A DNA stretch of 64,000 nt from Eledone cirrhosa (taxonomy: Eukaryota), in assembly GCA_964016885.1 (NCBI GenBank), contig CAXHJY010000184.1, positions 372,001 to 436,000 of the forward strand. The letters are read 5' to 3'. A program made the translations under genes and the position numbers. This document shows, one piece after another, positions 30,001 through 42,465 of the stretch; the first letter of the stretch is position 1; every line of letters begins with the position of its first letter. Below the pieces are notes generated by a model that was given only the letters and a program-made list of their open reading frames with translations, did not search any database and was not told where the DNA came from.

Positions 30001-32800
30001 CCAGTCACTACAGGACTATAGTCTTTCCCAGTCACTACAGGACTATAGTCCTTCCCAGTCACTACAGGACTATAGTCTTTCCCAATCACTACAGGACTAT
30101 AGTCTTTCCCAGTCATTACAGGACTATAGTCTTTCCCAGTCACTACAGGACTATAGTCTTTCCCAGTCACTACAGGACTATAGTCTTTCCCAATCACTAC
30201 AAGACTATAGTCTTTCCCAGTCACTACAGGACTATAGTCTTTCCCAGTCACTACAAGACTATAGTCTTTCCCAATCACTACAGGACTATAGTCTTTCCCA
30301 GTCATTACAGGACTATAGTCTTTCCCAGTCACTACAGGACTATAGTCTTTCCCAGTCACTACAGGACTATAGTCTTTCCCAATCACTACAAGACTATAGT
30401 CTTTCCCAGTCACTACAGGACTATAGTCTTTCCCAGTCACTACAAGACTATAGTCTTTCCCAATCACTACAGGACTATAGTCTTTCCCAGTCACTACAGG
30501 ACTATAGTCTTTCCCAGTCAGTCACTACAGGACTATAGTCTTTCCCAGTCACTACAAGACTATAGTCTTTCCCAGTCACTACAGGACTATAGTCTTTCCC
30601 AGTCACTACAAGACTATAGTCCTTCCCAGTCACTACAGGACTATAGTCTTTCCCAATCACTACAGGACTATAGTCTTTCCCAGTCATTACAGGACTATAG
30701 TCTTTCCCAGTCACTACAGGACTATAGTCTTTCCCAGTCACTACAGGACTATAGTCTTTCCCAATCACTACAAGACTATAGTCTTTCCCAGTCACTACAG
30801 GACTATAGTCTTTCCCAGTCACTACAAGACTATAGTCTTTCCCAATCACTACAGGACTATAGTCTTTCCCAGTCACTACAGGACTATAGTCTCTCCCAGT
30901 CACTACAGGACTATAGTCTTTGCCAGTCACTACAGGACTATAGTCTTTCCCAATCACTACAGGACTATAGTCTTTTCCAATCACTACAGGACTATAGTCT
31001 TTCCCAATCACTACAGGACTATAGTCTTTCCCAATCACTACAGGACTATAGTCTTTTCCAATCACTACAGGACTATAGTCTTTCCCAATCACTACAGGAC
31101 TACATTCTTTCCCAGTCACTACAGGACTATAGTCTTTCCCAATCACTACAGGACTATAGTCTTTCCCAGTCACTATAGGACTATAGTCTTTCCCAGTCAC
31201 TACAGGACTATAGTCTTTCCCAGTCACTACAGGACTATAGTCTTTCCCAGTCACTACAGGACTATAGTCTTTCCCAGTCACTACAGGACTATAGTCTTTC
31301 CCAGTCACTACAGGACTATAGTTTTTCCCAGTCACTACAGGACTATAGTCTTTCCCAATCACTACAGGACTATAGTCTTTCCCAATCACTACAGGACTAT
31401 AGTCTTTCCCAATCACTACAAGACTATAGTCTTTCCCAGTCACTACAGGACTATAGTCTTTCCCAATCACTACAGGACTATAGTCTTTCCCAGTCACTAC
31501 AGGACTATAGTCTTTCCCAGTCACTACAGGACTATAGTCTTTCCCAGTCACTACAGGACTACATTCTTTCCCAGTCACTACAGGACTATAGTCTTTCCCA
31601 ATCACTACAGGACTATAGTCTTTCCCAGTCACTACAGGACTATAGTCTTTCCCAGTCACTACAGGACTATAGTCTTTCCCAGTCACTACAGGACTATAGT
31701 CTTTCCCAGTCACTACAGGACTATAGTCTTTCCCAGTCACTACAGGACTATAGTCTTTCCCAGTCACTACAGGACTATAGTCTTTCCCAGTCACTACAGG
31801 ACTATAGTCTTTCCCAGTCACTACAGGACTATAGTCTTTCCCAGTCACTACAGGACTATAGTCCTTCCCAGTCACTACAGGACTATAGTCTTTCCCAATC
31901 ACTACAGGACTATAGTCTTTCCCAGTCATTACAGGACTATAGTCTTTCCCAGTCACTACAGGACTATAGTCTTTCCCAGTCACTACAGGACTATAGTCTT
32001 TCCCAATCACTACAAGACTATAGTCTTTCCCAGTCACTACAGGACTATAGTCTTTCCCAGTCACTACAAGACTATAGTCTTTCCCAATCACTACAGGACT
32101 ATAGTCTTTCCCAGTCACTACAGGACTATAGTCTCTCCCAGTCACTACAGGACTATAGTCTTTGCCAGTCACTACAGGACTATAGTCTTTCCCAATCACT
32201 ACAGGACTATAGTCTTTTCCAATCACTACAGGACTATAGTCTTTCCCAATCACTACAGGACTATAGTCTTTCCCAGTCACTACAGGACTATAGTCTTTCC
32301 CAGTCACTACAGGACCATAGTCTTTCCCAATCACTACAGGACTATAGTCTTTCCCAGTCACTACAGGACTATAGTCTTTCCCAGTCACTACAGGACTATA
32401 GTCTTTCCCAGTCACTACAGGACTATAGTCTTTCCCAGTCACTACAGGACCATAGTCTTTCCCAATCACTACAGGACTATAGTCTTTCCCAGTCACTACA
32501 GGACTATAGTCTTTCCCAGTCACCACAGGACTATAGTCTTACCCAGTCACCACAGGACCATAGTCTTTCCCAGTCACTACAGTACTATAGTCTTTCCCAA
32601 TCACTACAGGACTATAGTCTTTCCCAGTCACTACAGGACTATAGTCTTTCCCAATCACTACAGGACCATAGTCTTTCCCAGTCACTACAGTACTATAGTC
32701 TTTCCCAATCACTACAGGACTATAGTCTTTCCCAGTCACTGCAGGACTATAGTCTTTCCCAATCACTACAGGACTATAGTCTTTCCCAGTCACTACAGGT
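1..32800. repeat. 27-bp satellite (consensus CAGTCACTACAGGACTATAGTCTTTCC), ~1200 copies in window, continuing beyond the left edge; lies in the XPR1 intron after coding exon 4
   Basis: Direct reading: near-perfect 27-nt period from base 1 to 'cactacaggtcctctac' at ~32800. Recurrent variants: CCAG>CCAA, CAGG>CAAG, TATAGTC>TACATTC, 4-bp CAGT duplications. Confidence 0.99.
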
Positions 32801-33049
32801 CCTCTACTTCCATTGCCATACAATATCATATCATTCATACATATAACATATACCAGTCATAGAAAGTAATTAACCTTTCATGAACGTTTCTGTCTCACAA
32901 TTATCTTATGAAAAGTCCAGCACACTTTAGTATTAAACCGTTAATTACTTAAATTTATAATTATATGTGATTCAATTAATTATGAAATAATCAAGAATTT
33001 GGAAGGATTTAGTCAAATAATTAGCATCTTCATTATTAAGCTGGTATAA

Positions 33050-33395
33050 GGTGGTGGATTGGCAGTATTATTAGAGGATCAAACATGCTTTGCAGCATAG
33101 AGTTACATCCCTTTAGGCTCTGAGTTAAATTTAATCAGCTTTGCCAACCCCCAAAATTGTTGGCTTTGTGCCATTATGAGTGGTGGATTGACAGAATCTG
33201 TAGAGTGTTGGACAACGTTTTGTGGCTTAGAGTTATGTCCCTTTACATTCTGATTTCAAATTCCACTGAGGTTAGTTTTGCCTGTCATCCTTACAGGGTT
33301 GATAAAATAAAGTACCAGTAACATACTAGTGTCAATTATCAGCTTTCCCTTCTCCAAAAGTTGTTGGCGTTGTGCCTAAATCAGAAACCATTACT
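33050..33395 (+). mobile_element. Two adjacent decayed tRNA-derived SINE copies
   Basis: Degenerate B-box (GATTTCAAATTCC / GAGTTAAATTT), central TTTGCCTGTCATCCTTACAGGGTTGATAAAATAAAGTACCAG and 3' TTGTGCCTAAATCAGAAAC. The same motifs recur at 40172, 42714, 42902, 43325 and 48860. Confidence 0.8.
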
Positions 33396-33597
33396 AAGCT
33401 GGTATTTGGAACATAAGTAAATAAATGGTTACATAAATTACAACAGAATGTTTTAAACTGCTTTAAACTGGAGGGGTTTTTTAAATACAGAATAAAAACA
33501 GAGGCAGTTTTGAGTAGCTTCAAAAGAATTAACCTAATGAAAAATAGTGTAAAAAATATAAAAATATATGAGATAAAAATGTGATATGAGAATGAAT

Positions 33598-33833
33598 TTT
33601 TGTGCCATGACAAAAAGCACCCAGTCCACACTGTACATGTGCTTGGCGTTAGGAAGGGCATCCAACCATAGAAACCTTGCCAGAAATCGTTCAATATGAG
33701 CAAGACACAGTCAGCCTTGTATGAATAAGACACAGCCATCTGATCAGGCTTGTCTCACAACAGGACAAGTCATTTAACCCATAGTAGCATTGAAAAATGG
33801 ACATGTGATGATGATGATGATGATGATGATGAT
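33598..33833 (+). mobile_element. SINE/LINE 3' remnant with (GAT)n tail
   Basis: TTGGCGTTAGGAAGGGCATCCAACC motif (resembles a metazoan SINE central domain), ending AACCCAT..AGCATTGAAAAATGGACATGT(GAT)n. A similar tail occurs at 36850-36903. Confidence 0.65.
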
Positions 33834-34155
33834 TGTGTAGGACAAAATGCTTTATGGTATTTATTTCAGCTGCTTGTGCTCAGAGTAAAAATTCTGCCAT
33901 GGTTAATAAACTATCAATCAAATAAGTCAGGCGAGCTCAAATCTCATTGTGGCCTATTTAATCCTTCGCCTATTTTAACACTAACAGCACCTCACTCATG
34001 GCTGTCCTTAACAGATTCCACTCTGCTAGGTTTCTGACTTCAGAGACCTTGAAAATCCTCAGGAGAGCAGCCCTTCCCTTCCTGATTAAAGGATGAACAA
34101 GAAAAACTCAAAAAATGTAAACAACAATGAAGAAGATATAACGAAAATGTCTTAC

Positions 34156-34436
34156 TTTGTCATGTTTTTTAAAAATTTTTCTAAATCCAGTAAAATTTAA
34201 AGTTTGATAATTTTGTAAGAGAATCAAACTGAGATAAAATTCACTGAAGGCAAGTTTCAGATCATGCATCTTCCGAGTGTTAATAACTTTGGTGTTCTTC
34301 TCCTTAAATAACACATGTACACTGCCTCGTCTTCTCCGTAGAGATGTGTGGTGCAGTGCTTTCTCTTCAAGTTGTGAATATTCTTGCAGCTCTGCATTTA
34401 AGGTGGCAAATTTCCAAGTGGCTTCAGCAAATTTTT
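34156..34436 (-). CDS. XPR1: XPR1 coding exon 4 (SPX domain C-terminal part)
   Basis: ttcttcacag|AA AAA TTT...CAT GAC AAA|gtaag, 281 nt. Encodes EKFAEATWKFATLNAEL...DLKLAFSEFYLSLILLQNYQTLNFTGFRKIFKKHDK, the SPX signature of XPR1. Phase matches exon 3. Confidence 0.97.
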
Positions 34437-34494
34437 CTGTGAAGAAAAGTGGATAGTGTAGTGTTGATAGCTTTGTTGAAAATATAGACATTTA

Positions 34495-35065
34495 CATAAA
34501 CATGTGGCAACGTAGAAAGTTCTGTAGACCACATATGGTAACCTAGACAATTCTGTAGACCTCATATGGTAACAGACAATTCTGTGAGCCACATGTGGTA
34601 GCACAAGCAGTTCTGTAGATGAGATGTGGTAACCTAGGCAATTTTGTAGACCACATGTGGAAACAGGTAATTCTGTAGACCACATGTGAGTAATATAGAT
34701 AGTTATTTTGAACACATGTGGGTAAAATAGATAGATGCAGGTAATGTAAATAGTTTATGTAGTCTACATGTTTGTAACACAGAGTTCTATATAATACATG
34801 TGAGTAGTATATAATACATGTGAAAGTTCTGTAGATGACGTGGGTATTGCAAACATTTATGTGGGCAAAGAAGGCAACATATAGGTAATATAGTTTTTTA
34901 GGCCCCATGTGGGTAATATAGACAGTTGTGTAGGCCACATGTGCATAGTACACAGTTGTGTAGGCCACATGTGCATAGTACACAGTTGTGTAGGCTAACT
35001 GTGGGTATGGCAGACAGCTCTGTAAGCCACATGCGGCTAATATAATTAGTTCTATACACCACATG
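34495..35065. repeat. Degenerate ~30-bp minisatellite with palindromic CCACATGTGG core (XPR1 intron)
   Basis: Recurring TTCTGTAGACCACATGTGGTA-like units; exact 30-bp repeat at 34922-34995. Confidence 0.8.
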
Positions 35066-35277
35066 TTAGTAACGCAGAAGGGAATACAATTTTCTTACAT
35101 AAAATAATGATGGAAAGTTTTAATTTAAATATAAACACTTTAAAAATCAAATAACTTTACATCATAGAACTAGGGCCATCTTTTTGTGGTTTGTTATCAA
35201 AAGAGCTAAGATATTGAAATTAATGATATTAGGTAGAAGATAGAGTGAACAGGTGAAATAAACAGACTTCTACTCAC

Positions 35278-35379
35278 CTGAGAAAAATGTATTGATCTTT
35301 GTCAGTTCTTTTTCACAGAATTGGAAAAAGCTTTCATCAAATCGTGTAAAATATCTTTTGATAATAGCACTGTCAGTAA
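35278..35379 (-). CDS. XPR1: XPR1 coding exon 3
   Basis: caccacag|TT ACT GAC...TTC TCA G|gtgagt, 102 nt: (V)[33 protein letters not shown]. Not in the ORF track. Confidence 0.96.
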
Positions 35380-35459
35380 CTGTGGTGAGATATCAAATAT
35401 ATATGTTAGAGACTTCCATATATAAGATGAAGTATCATATATATACCTACATATTTAAG

Positions 35460-36050
35460 ACAACTGGTATACTGTTATATATAACACAGTACATCATACA
35501 TTACTATATATAACACAGTATATAATACACTGCTATATATATAAGACAGTATGTTATACACTGTTATATATAATATAGTATCATATATACACTGCTATAT
35601 ATAATATAGTACCATATATACACTGCTATATATAATATAGTACCATATATACACTGCTATACATAACACAGTATATTATACACTCCTGTATATAATACAG
35701 TATGTTATATACAGGTATATATAACACACGTTATACACACAGCTATATATAAGACATGCTATACATACCTATATATAAGACTTCTATATGATACCCTATA
35801 TACATCTATATATATATATAAGACTTCTATATAAAACCCTATATATAAGACATGCTATACTCTTCTATAACTTTGATAGGTTTCGGCCAGTATTGGCCCA
35901 AGCCATGTCTAACTTAATAGCTCCACCTGGCTACTTAATAGCACCACCTGGCATATATATATATATATAAGACTTCTGTATAACGCCCTATATATTTCTA
36001 TATATATAAGACTTCTATATAACACCCTATATATTACATTAGACTTCTAT
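35460..36050. repeat. TA-rich degenerate minisatellite (~29-30 bp) and TATATAAGACTTC repeats
   Basis: ACAGTA..TATACACTGCTATATATAA units visible directly. Confidence 0.75.
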
Positions 36051-36759
36051 AAATAAATAAATGCAGACCACTTTTTGCAGAGCATTTTGCAGATACTTTC
36101 TATGAATCTTTCAAATACATTTTAATAAAATAAAATTGAAGATTTGAAGGTCAGAATTTTGATTCTCGTCTATCTTACCACAGTAAGATTTGAACATAGA
36201 ACCAAAACAATAAAAATCAAATTATGTAAATAACATAGTCTGGTCTTTTACCTTCTCTATTAATTCACTAGCCATCCCTTTCCTCTACTTTCCCATAGAC
36301 CCAGATAGGCTCTTTACCCCTTCCCCTTTTTTCTCTTTACTTAATTTTGCTTTTACCTTTCTTTTTCATATTTATGTAATCATTAATGGTTTTTAAGCCA
36401 ACTTTTTTTGTGAAGTTATATTGTAAACTATGTAGCTAAAATCTAGGTTAATGGGACAGAGATCATTTGAAATTTAGGAGGATCAATTTTCAAGGTAACC
36501 TTTGAAAGTAAACAAATTAGGATTGGTAGCAGCTCTGGTTGTGGTAATGAAGTGGAATAAAAAGAGAAGCTTTATAGGAAAATAGTTATAGAAAGAAGGA
36601 TCACATCAATCTGTAAAGGGTTTTGCCTTTCTGCTACACAACTAGACACAAAGCTGATTTATATGAAGATATGGTATTGTCATTTGTATCCAGTGATAGA
36701 GAGTTGGGAAGACCCTTTAATTGTGTCAAAGACATGACAAACTCTCCTATGCACTCGAA

Positions 36760-36903
36760 TGTGAAACCATACATTAGTGAGATGCAGACTCCCGGCCTGC
36801 CTGAGAGTTCAGTAGCCCTGCTTCACTATTGACTTGCTCTATGTAGACTTATCCAACCCTTGCTAGCAGGAAAGTGGACATTAAAACGATGATGATGATG
36901 ATG
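36760..36903 (+). mobile_element. Retroposon 3' remnant with (GAT)n tail
   Basis: CCAACCCTTGCTAGCAGGAAAGTGGACATTAAAAC(GAT)n, similar to the 33775-33833 tail. 5' boundary uncertain. Confidence 0.5.
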
Positions 36904-37161
36904 GCTACTGTATGTAGTGAAGTTGTGGTGTTTGTTATATGTAGTGGACTTGTGGGACATGAACATACAGTGGACATGTGAGCTGTGTTGTATAGAGTAA
37001 AGTTCTAGGACAATTTCGACATAGAGAATTCATAAAAAATTGTATAAAAAGGAATTGAGAAACATTTCTGTATTATATTGTATTATAGGTGTGGGACATT
37101 TTAGAAATGTGAGAAAGAACAATTGCAGAAGCTACTTGAAAGAAGACCAACAATGGCTTAC

Positions 37162-37213
37162 CTTCAGATGAGGGAGCTTGTTCTTGTGCCTCATACAACA
37201 TATTTTTCATTAC
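37162..37213 (-). CDS. XPR1: XPR1 coding exon 2
   Basis: ctgacag|GTA ATG AAA AAT...TCT GAA G|gtaagc, 52 nt: VMKNMLYEAQEQAPSSE. Confidence 0.96.
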
Positions 37214-37419
37214 CTGTCAGATGATATAGAATAAATCATTAATATTTCTATTTGATAACAACAGAATATGATTGTGAATACAACCGGCCAAAATGGGGTT
37301 CCTCTGAAGGGTTCCAGCTGGATGTGTGCGTCTTGTCAAATTGATTAGGTTTGTGGTTTAAACATTTAAAATATGCACAAAAAAATGCTTCTACAGATGT
37401 AAAAGTATTTTTAAAGGTA

Positions 37420-37837
37420 CTCTTGGGTCTCAAATAATAGCACCACCCACCCACCCCTCCTGCTTTTTCTCCTTTTTTCCACCACCACCTCGCTCTTATT
37501 CCAACACCCCAGCGCCACTTATTAAATTTTGTTAAGCTATCTCCAGCGAAATTTTATTTTAAGTAGTAGCATTCCTGCAACAATTGATTTTCTTTATACA
37601 TTTAAAAACATTATAAATGACAAAAATGTACATTACTAGAAATCTCATACGTTATAAAATAAATAGGATGTGTTGAGGTCTCAATATGTAAACTAAATGA
37701 CTAATTCTGGTTTTTAAAAAATCAACAGAGACAACCTAGAAAAAATTACCGAGTTTACACCCCACCCCGCCCCCACATATTCGACCCCCCACCCCCCACT
37801 TTTTCCAACCCCAACCCTATTACTTAGGACCCAAGAG
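37420..37837. mobile_element. 418-bp MITE, Tc1/mariner-type (TA TSD), in XPR1 intron
   Basis: TA|CTCTTGGGTCTCAAATAATAG ... CTATTACTTAGGACCCAAGAG|TA: ~21-bp imperfect TIRs flanked by TA at 37418-19 and 37838-39. Confidence 0.8.
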
Positions 37838-37961
37838 TAGATATTTAGCTTTATAAACAAAATAATGTGCAGTGGTGGTGGTGGTGGTGATGATGATAAC
37901 GATAGAGATGATGATGATAGAGATGATGATGATGAAGTTCAGGATGATGTGAGAACCATAC

Positions 37962-38030
37962 CTCATACTGAATATATTGCTTCCGCCACTCTGGAGTTAT
38001 ATGAGCGGCAAGATGCTCAACAAACTTCAT
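37962..38030 (-). CDS. XPR1: XPR1 first coding exon (start codon, SPX N-terminus)
   Basis: ATG at 38030-38028; [23 protein letters not shown]|gtatgg, 69 nt. A candidate acceptor (cctgcag) at 38062 implies an upstream 5'UTR exon. Confidence 0.97.
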
Positions 38031-38149
38031 GCTGGATTAACTATCTGACAGCCGGAAATTTCTGCAGGTAATTTACAAAACAAATCAAATTATGATACAA
38101 TATAGTGAAAACCTGTTCAAAGAACAACTGTTTATAATAGTTTTAGATA

Positions 38150-39992
38150 GAGAGACCCTACATTCCTTATTCACACTATAGTAGTTATAGAGAGACCCTA
38201 CATTCCTTATTCACACTATAGTAGTTATAGAGAGACCCTACATTCCTTATTCACACTATAGTAGTTATAGAGAGACCCTACATTCCTTATTCACACTATA
38301 GTAGTTATAGAGAGACCCTACATTCCTTATTCACACTATAGTAGTAATAGAGAGACCCTACATTCCTTATTCACACTATAGTAGTTATAGACAGACCCTA
38401 CATTCCTTATTCACACTATAGTAGTTATAGACAGACCCTACATTCCTTATTCACACTATAGTAGTTATAGAGAGACCCTACATTCCTTATTCACACTATA
38501 GTAGTTATAGAGAGACCCTACATTCCTTATTCACACTATAGTAGTTATAGACAGACCCTACATTCCTTATTCACACTATAGTAGTTATAGACAGACCCTA
38601 CATTCCTTATTCACACTATAGTAGTTATAGACAGACCCTACATTCCTTATTCACACTATAGTAGTTATAGACAGACCCTACATTCCTTATTCACACTATA
38701 GTAGTTATAGAGAGACCCTACATTCCTTATTCACACTATAGTAGTTATAGACAGACCCTACATTCCTTATTCACACTATAGTAGTTATAGAGAGACCCTA
38801 CATTCCTTATTCACACTATAGTAGTTATAGAGAGACCCTACATTCCTTATTCACACTATAGTAGTTATAGACAGACCCTACATTCCTTATTCACACTATA
38901 GTAGTTATAGACAGACCCTACATTCCTTATTCACACTATAGTAGTTATAGAGAGACCCTACATTCCTTATTCACACTATAGTAGTTATAGAGAGACCCTA
39001 CATTCCTTATTCACACTATAGTAGTTATAGACAGACCCTACATTCCTTATTCACACTATAGTAGTTATAGACAGACCCTACATATAGTAGTTATAGACAG
39101 ACCCTACATATAGTAGTTATAGAGAGACCCTACATTCCTTATTCACACTATAATAGTTATAGAGAGACCCTACATATAGTAGTTATAGAGAGACCCTACA
39201 TATAATAGTTATAGAGAGACCCTACATATAATAGTTATAGAGAGACCCTACATTCCTTATTCACGCTATAATAGTTATAGAGAGACCCTACATATAGTAG
39301 TTATAGAGAGACTCTACATATAATAGTTATAGAGAGACCCTACATATAATAGTTATAGAGAGACCCTACATTCCTTATTCACGCTATAATAGTTATAGAG
39401 AGACCCTACATATAGTAGTTATAAAGAGGCTCTACATATAATAGTTATAGAGAGACCCTACATATAGTAGTTATAGAGAGACCCTACATATAGTAGTTAT
39501 AGAGAGACCCTACATATAGTACCCTACATATAGTAGTTATAGAGAGACCCTACATTCCGTGTTCACGCTATAATAGTTATAGAGAGACCCTACATTCCTT
39601 ATTCACGCTATAGTAGTTATAGAGAGACCCTACATATAGTAGTTATAGAGAGACCCTACATTCCGTGTTCACGCTATAATAGTTATAGAGAGACCCTACA
39701 TATAGTAGTTATAGAGAGACCCTACATTCCTTATTCACGCTATAGTAGTTATAGAGAGACCCTACATATAGTAGTTATAGAGAGACCCTACATTCCTTAT
39801 TCACGCTATAATAGTTATAGAGAGACCCTACATTCCTTATTCACGCTATAGTAGTTATAGAGAGACCCTACATATAGTAGTTATAGAGAGACCCTACATA
39901 TAGTAGTTATAGAGAGACCCTACATTCCTTATTCACGCTATAATAGTTATAGAGAGACCCTACATTCCGTGTTCACGCTATAATAGTTATAG
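38150..39992. repeat. 40-bp minisatellite (GAGAGACCCTACATTCCTTATTCACACTATAGTAGTTATA) with a 26-bp deletion variant in the right half
   Basis: Exact 40-nt period 38150-39080. After that, mixed 40/26-nt units (14-nt deletion) and CAC>CGC variants. Confidence 0.98.
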
Positions 39993-40171
39993 ACAGAGAA
40001 ACCCTGCCTTCTGTCAACCGTACTGCTTCACTGCCTTTTAGTTATTCCTGTGGAAGCAAATATGCAAGATGAAGAGGTCCATAGGCAGCTACAGAAAGAT
40101 ATTAAAAATCTCAGCTTTATTTGAACCTGTCTAACCTATGCCCTCAGTGCAGGTTATTTAGTATTAATATA

Positions 40172-40350
40172 ATTGTTTCTGATTTAGACATAAGGCCAGC
40201 AATTTGGGGGAGAGATGGAAGTCAATTAAATCAACCCCAGTACATTACAGGTACTTTATTTTATCGACCCTGTAAGGATGAAAGGCAAAGCTAACCTTGG
40301 CAGGATTTGAACTCAGAACATAAAGAGACAACTATATGCTGCAAAGCCTA
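40172..40350 (-). mobile_element. tRNA-derived SINE, reverse orientation
   Basis: Reverse complement of the family: GGTACTTTATTTTATCGACCCTGTAAGGATGAAAGGCAAAG...GGATTTGAACTC (B-box). Confidence 0.85.
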
Positions 40351-40379
40351 TGGTTTCTGATTTAGGCACAAGGTCAACT

Positions 40380-42465
40380 CCATCACGACTCCATCAAACA
40401 ACCACCATCACTCTGTCAAACAGCCACCACAACCATCACCACCACTCCATCAAACAACCACCATCACTCTATCAAACAGCCACCACAACCATCACCATCA
40501 CTCCGTCAAACAACCACCATCACTCTGTCAAACAGCCACCACAACCATCACCATAACTCCATCAAACAACCACCATCACTCTGTCAAACAGCCACCACAA
40601 CCATCACCATAACTCCATCAAACAACCACCATCACTCTGTCAAACAGCCACCACAACCATCACCATCACCACCACTCCATCAAACAACCACCATCACCAT
40701 CTCAACCACCATCACCATAACTCCATCAAACAGCCACCACCACCACCAATCCAACATACCCTTATCACCACTTCTCTAACATACTGTTACCCTCCCCTCC
40801 CCCCACTACTCCTCAATACACAACAGCCACAATTCCCACCACCACTACAATATACAGCCACCACCCACACTACCACTTATAACACACACCACCACCACCA
40901 CTACAACATACAGCCACCACCACTACCCATACTACTACTACTACCACCCACACCACCACAACACCATACAACCACTACCTACCACCGACACCACTACTAC
41001 CACCCACACCACCACAACACCATACAACCACTACCTACCACCACCACCGACACCACTACTACCACCACCACCACCACTACTACCACCCACACCACCACAA
41101 CACCATACAACCACTACCTACCACCACCACCACCGACACCACCACCGACAACATTACTACCACCCACACCACCACAACACCATACAACCACTACCTATCA
41201 ACACCACTACTACCACCCACACCACCACAACACCATACAACCACTACCTACCACCACCACCGACACCACTACTACCACCACCACCACCACCACCACTACT
41301 ACCACCCACACAACCACAACACCATACAACCACTACCTACCACCACCACCGACACCACTACTACCACCACCACCACTACCACCCACACAACCACAACACC
41401 ATACAACCACTACCTACCACCGCCACCACCGACACCACTACTACCACCCACACAACCACAACACCATACAACCACTACCTACCACCACCACCGACACCAC
41501 TACTACCACCACCACTACTACCACCCACACAACCACAACACCATACAACCACGACCTACCACCGCCACCACCGACACCACTACTACCACCCACACAACCA
41601 CAACACCATACAACCACTACCTACCACCGCCACCACCGACACCACTACTACCACCCACACAACCACAACACCATACAACCACTACCTAACACCACCACCA
41701 CCGACACCACTACTACCACCCACACAACCACAACACCATACAACCACTACCTATCAACACCACTACTACCACCCACACAACCACAACACCATACAACCAC
41801 TACCTACCACCACCATCACAAACACCACTACTACCACCACCGCCACCACCGACACCACTACTACCACCCACACAACCACAACACCATACAACCACTACCT
41901 AACACCACCACCACCGACACCACCACCACCGACACCACTACTACCACCCACACAACCATAACACCATACAACCACTACCTAACACCACCACTACCACCAC
42001 CACCACCACCGACACCACTACTACCACCCACACAACCACAACACCATACAACCACTACCTATCAATACCACTACTACCACCCACACAACCACAACACCAT
42101 ACACCCACTACCTAACACCACCACCGACACCACCACCACCACCGACACCACTACTACCACCCACACAACCACAACACCATACAACCACTACCTAACACCA
42201 CCACTACCACCACCACCGACACCACTACTACCACCCACACAACCACAACACCATACAACCACTACCTATCAACACCACTACTACCACCCACACAACCACA
42301 ACACCATACAACCACTACCTAACACCACCACCGACACCACTACTACCACCCACACCACCACAACACCATACAACCACTACCTAACACCACCACTACCACC
42401 ACCACCACCACCGACACCACTACTACCACCCACACCATCACAACACCATACAACCACTACCTATC
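40380..42465. repeat. ACC-rich compound minisatellite
   Basis: First ~57-bp CATCAAACAACCACCATCACTCTGTCAAACAGCC units, then ~50-65-bp CACAACACCATACAACCACTACCTACC(ACC)nGACACC units. Confidence 0.95.

Noticed and set aside
1-32800. CRISPR-like array (27-bp palindromic repeat)
   Set aside because: No spacers, no cas genes, eukaryotic context.
171-32838. Giant ORFs (VVTGKDYSP)n and (FPSHYRTIV)n as a repetitive protein
   Set aside because: The unit length is a multiple of 3 and the consensus lacks stops in frames on both strands. Only 3 of 81 single changes create a stop in the minus frame, frameshifting indels recur, and there are no unique domains.
34108-34491. The 127-aa ORF as a complete gene
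   Set aside because: Its homologous part is bounded by canonical splice sites (34436/34156), and the flanking residues are intronic.
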